Notes: generated by a model not told the origin, from the letters alone. 64,000 bases of DNA from Ignavibacteria bacterium (GCA_016873895.1 VGVV01000002.1:100188-164187), one strand, 5' to 3'. Positions 47,117 through 57,413 are shown, numbered from the stretch's first letter. A program made the numbers and translations.

Positions 47117-48886
47117 TTAGCGTGTAATTGTTATGCTCCAGCTTCCGATTGCAGACCCATTCTTGGATGTAAATCCGAGGCTGTATGCGCCTTGAGGTAC
47201 TGCACTCACGCTAAGGTTAAGTTCATACAAGCCATTGACTTGCGAGATAATGCCGGATGCAACCTGCTCTCCAGCCGTGTTAGTCAGCCAATACGAGAGA
47301 TCGCCAACTAGGTTGCCAGCAGGAATACGTGCAGCAAGTGTGTTGGTTGCAGGGTTAGGTCCAACCGACCACCCACGTGTTATGAGAGCGTCTTCTTGTA
47401 CGGAAGTATTACCGCCTGGTTCAACTTCTTCTGCTGATGCATTTACGTTGCCGTTTGCATCGATGAGGATGAGCTTAAGGGCTGGACCATTGTTATTAGC
47501 TGACGGGGTGATAAATCCTGTAGCCAAGGCAACAGTAGCTCTGTTAGAGCCGCGCAGGTCGCAGACATATCCTTTGATCTTGGCTCCTTCGCTGTCGGTA
47601 ATCCAGAGGGTGTCTATACCTGGTTCAACTTCGGCATACGACGGCGTTAGGTCTGTGTACTTTGCCTTCGAGACATACGTTGTTTTGCTGCTCACAATAG
47701 AAACCACTGGACCATCTGTAACGGAATGTCCGGCACGAACAGAAGTCTTGCCGGGGCTAGACTGCTCGAGGGCACCGTCTAGCACCGACAACCGAACACC
47801 TGTGTATACGCCCGAGGGGTTCTTAGCAAACTTTGATGTGTCCGCAACACCCGATGCAACAATGGTGTAGAGTCGTGACGGACGCAGCGGGTCGAGTGTG
47901 ATGGTAAGGAGCGTGTCTTTGTATCCCGTTGAGGTTGCTGGAGCAAAACCAATAACGATCGGTGAATTTGCTATTACAGGAGTAAAACCTGTTGCTTTGC
48001 GAAACGCAAGATTATCTGCGGCTTTTGTACCGTTAATGTACACGTCTACCTGGGTTAGGGCTGGATCTGCAGCCGCATGAACGAGCTGCACCCGACACGT
48101 TTGTGAGCCAGCCATGAGTGGTGAGCGCACCACGCGACCATCTTCGAGCACTGACAGCAATGCTAGTGTGTCCGTGCTCTTGTTGTTGTCTTCGAGCGTC
48201 TTAAAGCCGCTTACGGCACATACAACCACGGTATTGGCGAGTGAGGCAAAGTCTACGCTGAATGATGCGAGTACTTTGGACTTATCTCCTGGTTTTGTGC
48301 AATCAATTGTAAAAACCTTGCGGTCAACAACAGTGGCTGTTGTATTGCGTTCCGAGAATGCAATATTGGCCGCTGCAACCTTGGCTCCTCCGCGAATCCA
48401 GAAGTCGCATTTCTCAAGATCCGTAGCCCCTTGAAAAAAGAAGACTGCAGTTTTGTTCGGATCGTTGTTGGTGTTCTCAACCGCATAGGAGGTAATCTGC
48501 AGTTTCGTGGCCTTGCCGTCGGGATTTGCAGCATAGTTCGTTGGGGTTTTCACTCCATGCATAGTGGCCATATATCCCATGTCGGGAGTAGGCGTAAATG
48601 CATGCTCTGCAATCACATCGCCCATGCTTACGCTGTTGGAAGGAGCAACGCCAATAATAAGTTCAAGATCTCCAAAAATTGCTACGGAGTTTAGGTTGTC
48701 GGCTGCCTGAAATGCTACATCCTCTACCTTCGATGTTATACCCGCTTGCGTGATGTACAAGTCTACGGCTCTCAGATCAGGGTCTGGGCTGTTGTGGAGG
48801 AAGGTCACAAAACTGGTTTGCGCTTGCAAGCTCAAACCGGCGACGCAGACAAAGAATAGTAGCGATAGGAAGCGAGACATGTACAA
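47117..48886 (-). CDS. Secreted protein with two DUF4397-like repeats and a possible T9SS C-terminal domain
   Basis: Signal peptide. Two segments matching the DUF4397 pattern (FLHNSPDPDLRAVDLYITQAG..., VQLVHAAADPALTQVDVYINGTKA...). C-terminal beta-rich tail. Confidence 0.45.
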   Translation of the reverse strand: MYMSRFLSLLFFVCVAGLSLQAQTSFVTFLHNSPDPDLRAVDLYITQAGITSKVEDVAFQAADNLNSVAIFGDLELIIGVAPSNSVSMGDVIAEHAFTPTPDMGYMATMHGVKTPTNYAANPDGKATKLQITSYAVENTNNDPNKTAVFFFQGATDLEKCDFWIRGGAKVAAANIAFSERNTTATVVDRKVFTIDCTKPGDKSKVLASFSVDFASLANTVVVCAVSGFKTLEDNNKSTDTLALLSVLEDGRVVRSPLMAGSQTCRVQLVHAAADPALTQVDVYINGTKAADNLAFRKATGFTPVIANSPIVIGFAPATSTGYKDTLLTITLDPLRPSRLYTIVASGVADTSKFAKNPSGVYTGVRLSVLDGALEQSSPGKTSVRAGHSVTDGPVVSIVSSKTTYVSKAKYTDLTPSYAEVEPGIDTLWITDSEGAKIKGYVCDLRGSNRATVALATGFITPSANNNGPALKLILIDANGNVNASAEEVEPGGNTSVQEDALITRGWSVGPNPATNTLAARIPAGNLVGDLSYWLTNTAGEQVASGIISQVNGLYELNLSVSAVPQGAYSLGFTSKNGSAIGSWSITITR

Positions 48887-48953
48887 CTCCGAGAAGGAAA
48901 ATCTTGACAGGAACTTGGTGACTAGTGAAGAAGCATCGCAATTTAAGAAAGTT

Positions 48954-51482
48954 TCATTCTTGATGAGGATAGTGGCTAAGTCCAGGTTCGATGGGGCTTA
49001 CAAATCCGGAGTGACTCGGCAATACTCTCACGGTGCAGCCGTGGAATCCGCTTGAATTGCACGCTACTGTACCGCGATAGATGCCTGAGTGCTCAGAACT
49101 ACCAATGAGCGTCATGGGAACACTGGATTCAGGCTCGATTTCGTCCTTTGCATTAACCGGACCACTGATCAGTTGAACAAGCAGTTCATCGTGTGAAAAG
49201 GGGCCATGAAAAACGGTAGCTTCAACATGGATGGGATCCCCAACATGCGAGCCGCTATCTGCACTGGACGTAACAGCGGTTACGCAAACCTTGTTCCATG
49301 AGTTGTGAAGTTTGTGCTCATACGCTACGATCTCCCGTGCGAGCTGTGCATGATCGGCAGTAAACAATCTACCACGTGCATCTGCCGGTGCGTATGCCGT
49401 GCTGTGATAATCGCCCACCATCCGCTCGGCAGCATAGCGCCAAGCATTTGTACGGATGTTCTCTTTCATCATAGAGGTCCAGGCCCTCGGCACTCCATCA
49501 TCATCTCGCTTGTAGAAACGGGGCACAACATCATACTCAAGAATGTCATACAGCGTAGCACTATCAGCATTGTCTTGCTCTTCATCATCCATCATCTCGC
49601 CACGCCCAATTGCCCAGCCATTTTTTCCATTGTAGGCCTCGGCCCACCATCCATCGAGAATCGAACAGTGTAACACTCCGTTCAAGGCTGCCTTCATCCC
49701 AGAGGTGCCGGAAGCTTCGTGCGGCCTGCGTGGGGTATTGAGCCAAACATCACACCCCCTGACAAGTAGTCGTGCAACATCCATTTCGTAGTCTTCAAGA
49801 AACACAATATGTTTTTCAAGATCATGCTCGCGTATCATCTGATGAACGCGTTGGATAAGCTCTTTGCCCTGCACGTCGCGAGGGTGGGCCTTGCCCGCTA
49901 GAATAAACTGAACCGGACGCTCGGAATGATGCACAATACGTGTTAGGCGGTCCATATCACGCACGAGCAGGTCTGCTCGCTTGTATGTGGCAAACCTGCG
50001 TGCAAAGCCAATCGTGAGAGCAGTTGGATCCAGACACTCATGAATTGTGAGGGCCTGTTTTTGCGATAATGAGGCATGGTGCTTTTCAAGTATATGGGTG
50101 CGGACACCATCGATAAGTCTGGATCTTCTTTTTTCATGGACTTGCCATAGCTCGTGATCAGGTATGGCTTTAATCAACTCCCACGTAGACTCTAACCAAG
50201 GTTTCTCACGCCAGTTGTTGCCGATGTAACGATCGTAGATCGAGGCAATTTCTGGTGCAACCCATGACTTTGTGTGAATGCCATTTACAAGTCCTGTTAT
50301 CGGCGCATCGTTAGCTGGGAACGCGGGCCAGATGCCATGCCACATCTCTCGGGCAACCTGGCCGTGCAGGCTACTTACGCCGTTGCGGTACGACGAGCCG
50401 CGGATACCAAGAATCGTCATGGAAAACTTCTCTGGCGAACTTCCTGCGGCTTGTCCCAATTGGAGAAAGGTATCCCAGGTAAGCCCCATGGACTCTGCAT
50501 ACGATCTGAAGTATGGGTCGAGAGTAGCGGCATCAAAAACTTCGTTTCCTGCAGGCACTGGAGTGTGGGTAGTAAACACGCTCGAAGACTGCATCGCCTT
50601 GAATGCCTCGGCAAAGGTCAGATGATGCGAAGCCATAAGTTGTCGAGAGCGCTCGAGCATCGAGAAGGCTGCATGCCCTTCGTTGATGTGGGTTACTGAA
50701 GGGGTAATTCCGAGAGCGTCGAGCGCTCGCATGCCTCCAATACCTAGCAGCATCTCCTGCATGATCCGTGTATCGGTAGTGCCACCATAGAGACGATCGG
50801 TAACATCTCGCAGGGTGGGGTTGTGATTCTCTTCAACGTTTGAGTCCAGCAGATACAGTGTGATACGTCCAACTGCAACTCTCCAAACGGCAGCGTAGCA
50901 CCTGCCCAGAGGCATGTCTACGTGAACACGAAGAGGCTGTCCATCTTGACCATGCACTTGCTCAATTGGCAGGGCATGAAAGTCCATTTCGTGATAATGT
51001 TCATTCTGCCACCCGTTTTCTGTGAGATACTGTCGGAAGTACCCCTCCTGATACAACAACCCTATGCCAATCAGGGGAAGTCTCAGGTCGCTAGCGCTTT
51101 TTAGATGATCTCCAGCCAATACGCCTAGTCCACCAGAATACATTTGAAAACTCTCATGCAAACCGAACTCGGCACAGAAGTAGGCTATGGATTCTCCGCA
51201 GGGCTGCTGGATGTATTCACGAAAGCTGTCGCATACCAAACGCATGCGCGTCTGGAATTCTTCATCGTTGGCAAGTTCCTGAAGCCTTGCATGTGATATC
51301 TGCTGCAACAGCAACACTGGGTTGTGGTGAGTCTGGTTCCAGAGAAGTGGGTCCATTGAAGACCACAGGGCCACGGCCTCGCTATTCCAGCACCACCAAA
51401 AATTGCGTGAAAGTGCAACGAGCGGTTGAAGCGATTGTGGGATAGCGGTAGAAACGAGAAAGCGCGATACAGGACGAATCAT
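48954..51482 (-). CDS. glgP: Alpha-glucan (glycogen/maltodextrin) phosphorylase, alpha-glucan family
   Basis: 842-aa protein with an N-terminus typical of alpha-glucan family phosphorylases (...RNFWWCWNSEA...) and the GT35 core (MEASGTSGMK-type motif EASGTSGMKAALNG). Confidence 0.9.
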   Translation of the reverse strand: MIRPVSRFLVSTAIPQSLQPLVALSRNFWWCWNSEAVALWSSMDPLLWNQTHHNPVLLLQQISHARLQELANDEEFQTRMRLVCDSFREYIQQPCGESIAYFCAEFGLHESFQMYSGGLGVLAGDHLKSASDLRLPLIGIGLLYQEGYFRQYLTENGWQNEHYHEMDFHALPIEQVHGQDGQPLRVHVDMPLGRCYAAVWRVAVGRITLYLLDSNVEENHNPTLRDVTDRLYGGTTDTRIMQEMLLGIGGMRALDALGITPSVTHINEGHAAFSMLERSRQLMASHHLTFAEAFKAMQSSSVFTTHTPVPAGNEVFDAATLDPYFRSYAESMGLTWDTFLQLGQAAGSSPEKFSMTILGIRGSSYRNGVSSLHGQVAREMWHGIWPAFPANDAPITGLVNGIHTKSWVAPEIASIYDRYIGNNWREKPWLESTWELIKAIPDHELWQVHEKRRSRLIDGVRTHILEKHHASLSQKQALTIHECLDPTALTIGFARRFATYKRADLLVRDMDRLTRIVHHSERPVQFILAGKAHPRDVQGKELIQRVHQMIREHDLEKHIVFLEDYEMDVARLLVRGCDVWLNTPRRPHEASGTSGMKAALNGVLHCSILDGWWAEAYNGKNGWAIGRGEMMDDEEQDNADSATLYDILEYDVVPRFYKRDDDGVPRAWTSMMKENIRTNAWRYAAERMVGDYHSTAYAPADARGRLFTADHAQLAREIVAYEHKLHNSWNKVCVTAVTSSADSGSHVGDPIHVEATVFHGPFSHDELLVQLISGPVNAKDEIEPESSVPMTLIGSSEHSGIYRGTVACNSSGFHGCTVRVLPSHSGFVSPIEPGLSHYPHQE

Positions 51483-51536
51483 GGGGCAAAACTACACACG
51501 GTATCTGGCATGGTCTCAGGGAGTTATACTTGTCGT

Positions 51537-52508
51537 ATGATTCTGCAGCCAACACACGAAAACATTCAGCGTGCCGCCGAGGTGCTGCGCAACGGTGGGG
51601 TAGTGGCTGTGCCTACAGAAACAGTCTATGGACTTGCCGCTCGAATCGACCAGCCAGCGGCCATCGAAGAGATTTTTCGCAGAAAGGGGCGTCCGCGCGA
51701 TAATCCTCTGATCGTTCACGTTGCCGCAGTAGAGCAGGCTTACGACCTTACCAATGAGCATGGAAAACAGCTCATCAACGCATTCGCAGCAAGGTTTTGG
51801 CCGGGACCGCTAACGTTAGTCCTACAAGCAAGTCGGCTTGTAACATCGTACGTAACTGCCGGACTCGATACGGTCGCAGTCCGGATGCCTCGGCATCCAG
51901 TATTTCTGGAACTGATCAACGCTGTTGGGTGCCCCGTTGCCGCACCAAGTGCTAACATATCTGGTAAGCCAAGCCCAACGATAGCAGAACACGTAGAAAC
52001 AGATTTCGGCAATAATGTGCTGGTTTTGGACGGTGGACCCTGTGAGATTGGTCTGGAGAGTACGGTTGTGCATGTGTCGAACGGGATTGTACATGTCCTT
52101 CGTCCAGGGGTAGTAACTGCCGAGGAGCTCGCCACGCTTGCATTAGACGTTGTTGAGCAGGCTGATAGCCCCATCGTGGTAGACGTAGCCCGGTCTCCGG
52201 GTATGAAGTACCGACATTACGCACCCCAGGCACATGTTGTGCTTTGCAAGACCGCCGATGAACTCCGAGCGGCATGCCAGCACGACATTGCACATACAGT
52301 TGCACTCGTGCCTGCATACATGCTTGAACAATTCTCGGGACTGCAAGTCAGAGCACTTCAGCAACAGACATTCTATGAGGAATTACGGCGTGCCGATGCC
52401 TTGCAAACACGATTGATTGTAGTACTTTGTGATCAGTCTATTACGGCTCAGAATGCTCTGTATAACAGAATTCAGCGGGCGTCGGGGATAGAGGGAAAGG
52501 GGCAGTAA
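51537..52508 (+). CDS. tsaC: L-threonylcarbamoyladenylate synthase (Sua5/YrdC with C-terminal Sua5 domain)
   Basis: NIQRAAEVLRNGGVVAVPTETVYGLAA YrdC motif. About 323 aa from the internal ATG at 51537; the listed 51426 start would overlap divergent glgP. Confidence 0.8.
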   Translation: MILQPTHENIQRAAEVLRNGGVVAVPTETVYGLAARIDQPAAIEEIFRRKGRPRDNPLIVHVAAVEQAYDLTNEHGKQLINAFAARFWPGPLTLVLQASRLVTSYVTAGLDTVAVRMPRHPVFLELINAVGCPVAAPSANISGKPSPTIAEHVETDFGNNVLVLDGGPCEIGLESTVVHVSNGIVHVLRPGVVTAEELATLALDVVEQADSPIVVDVARSPGMKYRHYAPQAHVVLCKTADELRAACQHDIAHTVALVPAYMLEQFSGLQVRALQQQTFYEELRRADALQTRLIVVLCDQSITAQNALYNRIQRASGIEGKGQ

Positions 52509-52511
52509 ACC

Positions 52512-52778
52512 ATGATAGAGCGGACACTTACAACCGTCAATAGAGCGGGCCTACATACGCGGCCGGCAGCAATGTTGGTGAAGGCGGCTTCAACCTTTTC
52601 CAGCGATATCTATTTCGTAAAAGATGGGTTCCACATCAATGCCAAGAGCATCATTGGTGTGATGACGCTTGCCGCCGAATGTGGCAGCACGATCCTGCTT
52701 CGAGCAGAAGGTTCTGATGAGCAGGCAGCTGCGGATGCAATCTCGACATTGTTTTCATCCGGCTTCGGTGAAGAATAA
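52512..52778 (+). CDS. ptsH: Phosphocarrier protein HPr
   Basis: 88 aa. The active-site His region NRAGLHTRPAA and the Ser46-region KSIIGVM are conserved. Confidence 0.85.
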   Translation: MIERTLTTVNRAGLHTRPAAMLVKAASTFSSDIYFVKDGFHINAKSIIGVMTLAAECGSTILLRAEGSDEQAAADAISTLFSSGFGEE

Positions 52779-52781
52779 CAG

Positions 52782-54509
52782 ATGCAAGAGCTCCGTGGAA
52801 TAGGATCTTCTCTCGGAATTGCCATTGGGCCAGTTTTTATAGCTCGCTCTCAGCATGCAATGATAGATGCCATGAGATCAACAAATGTTGATCACGAGAT
52901 TACAACCTATCGCGATGCTAAGGGGCGTATAGAGCGTGAGCTTGCCGAGGTTGTGCAGCGTGCCCAACTGCACTCTCCAACGCTGGCCTCAATTGTTGAA
53001 ACACATGGGCTGATTGTCGGCGATCCAATTGTCTCACAAGATATCGAGTCGATGATTCGCTCTGGTGATTCTGCAGCACACGCTGTTGCTACAGAGTTCT
53101 CCAAGCAAGCTCGGATCATGCTGCTGTCCACAAATTCATTGATTCGTGATCGTGCAGCAGATATCCAGCAGGTTCAGCACAGATTGCTTGCAGAGCTGCA
53201 AGCCGGGGATTCTCTCGAAGTACCTACTCAGCCTTCTATCATTGTGGCACACTCGTTGTCTCCATCGCAAATGTTCACATATGCTGAAGATGGAGCGTTA
53301 GGTTTTATCTGTGAAGACGGGGGGATAGACTCACATATCTCGATCATTGCACGAGACCTGGGTTTACCAGCGTTGGTATCTGTGCATGGTGCAACTACAT
53401 GCCTTGATCAAGGTGCAATGGTGATCCTTGATGCAACGGCAAACATGTGTTTGATTGATCCATCACAGGCGCAGCTTGTTCAGTATCAGGACCTGATCGA
53501 GCGCGAGGCTGTTCGCATCCAGAGGCAGCGAGCTCCAGTGCAGGGCGCAATTACAATGCGAGACGGGCAAGAAGTTTTTGTGCTGGCAAACGTAGACAAT
53601 GCATCATCAGCAATTCATGCCAATGCCTACAACGCTCACGGAATTGGTCTTGTTCGCACCGAGATGATGTTGTCTGGTGATGGAACTTTTCCAAGCATCG
53701 AAGAGCAGACGGCCTGGTACGCTAAGATTCTTCGAACATATCAGCATGGCCCCGTTACATTTCGTGTGTTCGATATTGGCGGAGATAAGTTTGGGAGTTA
53801 CTCACCGTACAAAGAGGAAAATCCAGCTCTTGGTTTACGTGGTATTAGGTTTCTGTTGGCACAGCCCAAGATATTCGAAGATCAGATCATAGCTCTGCTG
53901 CGGGCTTCTGAGCAACGACGAATCCGTATCATGTTGCCAATGATAACGTCGTATGCCGAGGTGATGTCTGCACGCGAGATTATCGATGCATGCAGAGTTC
54001 ACGTAGAAAGTACACTTGGCAATGTGATCGATGTGCAGATTGGAATTATGATCGAGACACCAGCTTCAGCTGTGATGGCAGATGTTTTGGCGAAAAATGT
54101 AGACTTCATTTCAATCGGTACAAATGATCTCACACAATACACACTAGCCGCTGACAGAACCAATGAACTTGTGTCGAACATGTACGATTGCATTCATCCT
54201 TCCGTTATCAGATTGATGTTAGGTGTTGTACAGGCTGCACGCGAATCCCAAATTGACGTAAATATATGTGGCGAAATGGCAGCTCAACTCATGGCCACAG
54301 AGGTGCTATTGGGCATCGGAGTAAAACACTTTAGTGTTACTCCGCACGTTATCCCTGAGCTGCAACGCCGCATACAAACTCTCACCACCAGTGAGTGTTG
54401 TGAACTCGTAGAACATGTTGTAGCATGCAGAACATCAGATGAAGTACGCGCGGTAATTCATGAGCATCAAAAGCAAAGGAACAATGGACTTAGTCATGAA
54501 GATCGTTAG
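52782..54509 (+). CDS. ptsI: Phosphoenolpyruvate-protein phosphotransferase (PTS enzyme I)
   Basis: 575 aa. PEP-utilising enzyme motifs (GGIDSHISIIARDLGLPALV; NDLTQYTLAADR). Confidence 0.9.
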   Translation: MQELRGIGSSLGIAIGPVFIARSQHAMIDAMRSTNVDHEITTYRDAKGRIERELAEVVQRAQLHSPTLASIVETHGLIVGDPIVSQDIESMIRSGDSAAHAVATEFSKQARIMLLSTNSLIRDRAADIQQVQHRLLAELQAGDSLEVPTQPSIIVAHSLSPSQMFTYAEDGALGFICEDGGIDSHISIIARDLGLPALVSVHGATTCLDQGAMVILDATANMCLIDPSQAQLVQYQDLIEREAVRIQRQRAPVQGAITMRDGQEVFVLANVDNASSAIHANAYNAHGIGLVRTEMMLSGDGTFPSIEEQTAWYAKILRTYQHGPVTFRVFDIGGDKFGSYSPYKEENPALGLRGIRFLLAQPKIFEDQIIALLRASEQRRIRIMLPMITSYAEVMSAREIIDACRVHVESTLGNVIDVQIGIMIETPASAVMADVLAKNVDFISIGTNDLTQYTLAADRTNELVSNMYDCIHPSVIRLMLGVVQAARESQIDVNICGEMAAQLMATEVLLGIGVKHFSVTPHVIPELQRRIQTLTTSECCELVEHVVACRTSDEVRAVIHEHQKQRNNGLSHEDR

Positions 54510-56124
54510 CCTTGCTATACTGTTTGTTGTCGTGAATGTCGGTTCGCTGCTTGCACAAAGAGAAGAAAGTGACTTTCCGATCATCCGATCGATAAAAATC
54601 AAGCGCATTGAGATCTGGGATTCTACGCAAGGAGATTGGTTCTTTGCTGCAGACCTCATGAATGCCTTGCATGTGAAGACACGTGAATATGTGATTAACG
54701 ACGAACTACTCTTTGACATTGGTGATGAGCTCGATACAGTTGATCTGCTCGAGACAGAACGTGTTCTGCGTCGAATTGGGATCTTTAGTAACGTCCGCGT
54801 TGAGCACACTGTAGCCAACGGACAAGCAGATGTAAACATTACCACGCAAGACAGAGCGTCGTTGTCTCCAGCCGTCATTTTCTCTACAGGTGGCGGCATC
54901 TTCACATATGGAGGCCAAGTAGAGGAGTTTAATCTGCTCGGTACAGGTTCGATGCTCGCTCTTAAGGGGCTCTATAGAACAGAGAACGACATAGGCTTCG
55001 AGGGCACATTGGATGGTCAGTGGAGACGCGTTCTTCGCTCTTTGGTAGACGTCGGTGTATCTGTTCAGTCCAACAGATATCGCACACGACAAGAGATCTC
55101 GATCTCCCAGCCCTTTCGGTGGTTTACAACACCCTATGCATTCAACGTACAGACGCTGAATGAATACGGTAGCGATTTCAAATATTCAAATGAAGGTAAG
55201 AATGTAACCCTGTTACCATTCCACTCGCGAGAACTATTCGGCTGGATCTCACAATCCTATGGAGTGCGCGACCAGTTATATTCAAGTCTCAGCGTTCGGC
55301 TTTCTGATGTTTCACGCGTCCTTCCAACATCTGTGCAGGCATTCGACAACACTGGACATGTTCTCATTGGATTTTCTTCGATACGACAACAGTATTCACG
55401 TGCACAGTTCCTTAATGGCTATGAGACCGAAGACATCATGCAAGGGGCGTGGGGCAGCGCAACAATGGGACGCGTCTTTTCGATGGGTCAGGGAGCACCA
55501 TCAATGTGGTATCTCGGCGCCGAGGGTGAAGAATCTGCGCGGCTGTCGGACAACTTTTACCTGTTTGGTCGCATTGCTGCTGGATCGGGTTTTCAGACAG
55601 GTGCACGTGCAGTCAATACATACCTCGAGATTTATGGTACTACGCACTGGCGCGTAAATGAGAACTTTGTGATTGCTTCGCAGGTAAAGACCCAGTCGAT
55701 CTGGAATTGGACCGGATTTCGTCAGCTGGTTCTTGATTTGCAATCTGGTCTGCGCGGCTACGAAGCCAATTGGCTTGTGGGAGAGCGCCGTCTTGTTGGT
55801 AATACCGAACTGCGGTGGTTCCCCAAGATCAACCTGTGGATCTATGGCTTGAGTGCAGTGCTTTTCCACGATATCGGAACGGCATTTAATCAGTCGTCGA
55901 ATTACCTCAATGCACGCTACTACAACTCGGTAGGTGCCGGATTGCGCATCCACAATCTCAAGGTATCCGGTAAAGACGCTATCTATCGTTTTGATTTTGC
56001 ATACAACTGTACAACGCAAAAAATGGCAGGAATCATCTTTTCTGTGAGCCAACATTTTTCTGCATTCTCACAACATCGGTATCGTGCTCCGGATGTTTAC
56101 GGACGTGATATGGATAGGCAATAG
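54496..56124 (+). CDS. Omp85/BamA-TamA family outer-membrane beta-barrel protein (single POTRA)
   Basis: Signal peptide, a POTRA-like segment, and a beta-barrel ending in a C-terminal Phe (..HFSAF). Family assignment is by overall architecture. Confidence 0.5.
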   Translation: MKIVSLAILFVVVNVGSLLAQREESDFPIIRSIKIKRIEIWDSTQGDWFFAADLMNALHVKTREYVINDELLFDIGDELDTVDLLETERVLRRIGIFSNVRVEHTVANGQADVNITTQDRASLSPAVIFSTGGGIFTYGGQVEEFNLLGTGSMLALKGLYRTENDIGFEGTLDGQWRRVLRSLVDVGVSVQSNRYRTRQEISISQPFRWFTTPYAFNVQTLNEYGSDFKYSNEGKNVTLLPFHSRELFGWISQSYGVRDQLYSSLSVRLSDVSRVLPTSVQAFDNTGHVLIGFSSIRQQYSRAQFLNGYETEDIMQGAWGSATMGRVFSMGQGAPSMWYLGAEGEESARLSDNFYLFGRIAAGSGFQTGARAVNTYLEIYGTTHWRVNENFVIASQVKTQSIWNWTGFRQLVLDLQSGLRGYEANWLVGERRLVGNTELRWFPKINLWIYGLSAVLFHDIGTAFNQSSNYLNARYYNSVGAGLRIHNLKVSGKDAIYRFDFAYNCTTQKMAGIIFSVSQHFSAFSQHRYRAPDVYGRDMDRQ

Positions 56125-56132
56125 AGGACATC

Positions 56133-56798
56133 ATGAATATCGCTGCTACAATTGATCATACTGTGCTGAAACCAACATCAACTCTTGCTGATGTTGAGAC
56201 AATCTGCTCGGAGGCCATCACGCATAGATTCGCCAGCGTGTGTATTCTGCCATGGCACGTGGAGCGTGCGCATGAGCTCCTTGTTGCCAGCAGTATACCG
56301 GTCTGCACGGTGGTGGGATTCCCATTGGGAGCATCGACCACAGTGAGCAAGGTTGCAGAGAGCGAAATTGCACTTCGTCAGGGGGCTCGTGAAATCGATA
56401 TGGTAGCATCGATAACAGCTCTTAAAAGTGGTCTTTTTAGTGAGGTCTATGATGATGTTCGCGAGGTTACTCAGGCAGTGCATGGCCTTCATGGCATTGT
56501 TAAGGTTATCATCGAGACATGCTTGCTAACAGACGATGAAAAGAAGCATATGTGCGCTATCGTTACGCAAGCAGGGGCTGACTTTATCAAAACCTCGACG
56601 GGATTTTCTACCGGTGGTGCTACCCTTGATGATGTTCGCTTGATGAGAGCGCACGTAGGCCCTTCAGTAAAAGTGAAAGCCAGCGGCGGCATTCGAGACA
56701 GGGAAACAGCACTTGCAATGTTAGATGCTGGTGCAGAACGTCTGGGTACATCAAGCGGTGTTGTGATCGTGAGTGGTCTTGATGAACCCAAGCCATGA
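56133..56798 (+). CDS. deoC: Deoxyribose-phosphate aldolase
   Basis: Conserved Schiff-base lysine context (FIKTSTGF) and N-terminal IDHTVLKP. 221 aa. Confidence 0.9.
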   Translation: MNIAATIDHTVLKPTSTLADVETICSEAITHRFASVCILPWHVERAHELLVASSIPVCTVVGFPLGASTTVSKVAESEIALRQGAREIDMVASITALKSGLFSEVYDDVREVTQAVHGLHGIVKVIIETCLLTDDEKKHMCAIVTQAGADFIKTSTGFSTGGATLDDVRLMRAHVGPSVKVKASGGIRDRETALAMLDAGAERLGTSSGVVIVSGLDEPKP

Positions 56799-56814
56799 CT
56801 TCCTCATGCGTGCA

Positions 56815-56860
56815 ATGTGTCATAACACACATCGTTTTGGTATATTTGTGTTGCAACACA
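56815..56860. promoter_or_regulatory. Two adjacent palindromic operator-like sites upstream of the yceI-pirin pair
   Basis: ATGTGT-cataac-ACACAT (56815-56832; TGTGT-N6-ACACA) and the perfect 14-bp palindrome TGTGTTGCAACACA (56847-56860). Confidence 0.4.
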
Positions 56861-56886
56861 TACTATCACTTTGAAAAGAATAAGTT

Positions 56887-57411
56887 ATGGCCACGTGGAT
56901 TGCGGATCCAGCACATTAAGAGGTGCAGTTTAAAGTCAAGCACCTTATGATCAATACGGTTACAGGTGAGTTTACATCGTAGCGCGCCGAAGTAGTCTCC
57001 GATGCATCCGATTGGTCCGAGGCAACGTTTACCTTCGAAACGGATATCAACAGCATCAACACACGCATTGAAATGCGTGACGGCCACCTAAAGAGCGACG
57101 AATTTTTTGGTGCAGAGAACTTTCCTACAATGAACTTCGTATCAACACGGTTTGATTCCAAGGGAGATGGCGCATTTGAGTTAGGCGGCAACCTCACAAT
57201 TCGTGATGTAACGAAGGAAGTTGTACTCGATGTTGTGTATGGTGGTCAAATGGTGGACTTCTACGGAAATACCAAAGCTGGATTTGAAATCTCCGGTGCG
57301 ATCAATCGCAAAGAGTTTGGTCTAACATGGGATGCTGTTACTGAAGCTGGAGGTATTGTCGTATCCGACACAGTAAAACTTGCAATGAATCTTCAACTAC
57401 AGAAGCAGTAA
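56887..57411 (+). pseudogene. YceI-family protein gene with two in-frame nonsense codons (TAA at 56917-56919, TAG at 56977-56979)
   Basis: The single-frame translation reads MATWIADPAH*EVQFKVKHLMINTVTGEFTS*RAEVVSDASDW...RDGHLKSDEFFGAENFPTMNFVSTRF...GNLTIRDVTKEVVLDV. It follows YceI conservation (DPAHS, GxF..F.G) across both stops. Confidence 0.7.
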
Positions 57412-57413
57412 TC

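Noticed and set aside
56887-57411. Alternative genetic code (TAA/TAG as sense) to explain in-frame stops in yceI
   Set aside because: All well-conserved neighbouring genes (rng, dxr, rseP, hmgA, deoC, etc.) terminate at TAA or TAG exactly where homologues end, so the standard code applies.
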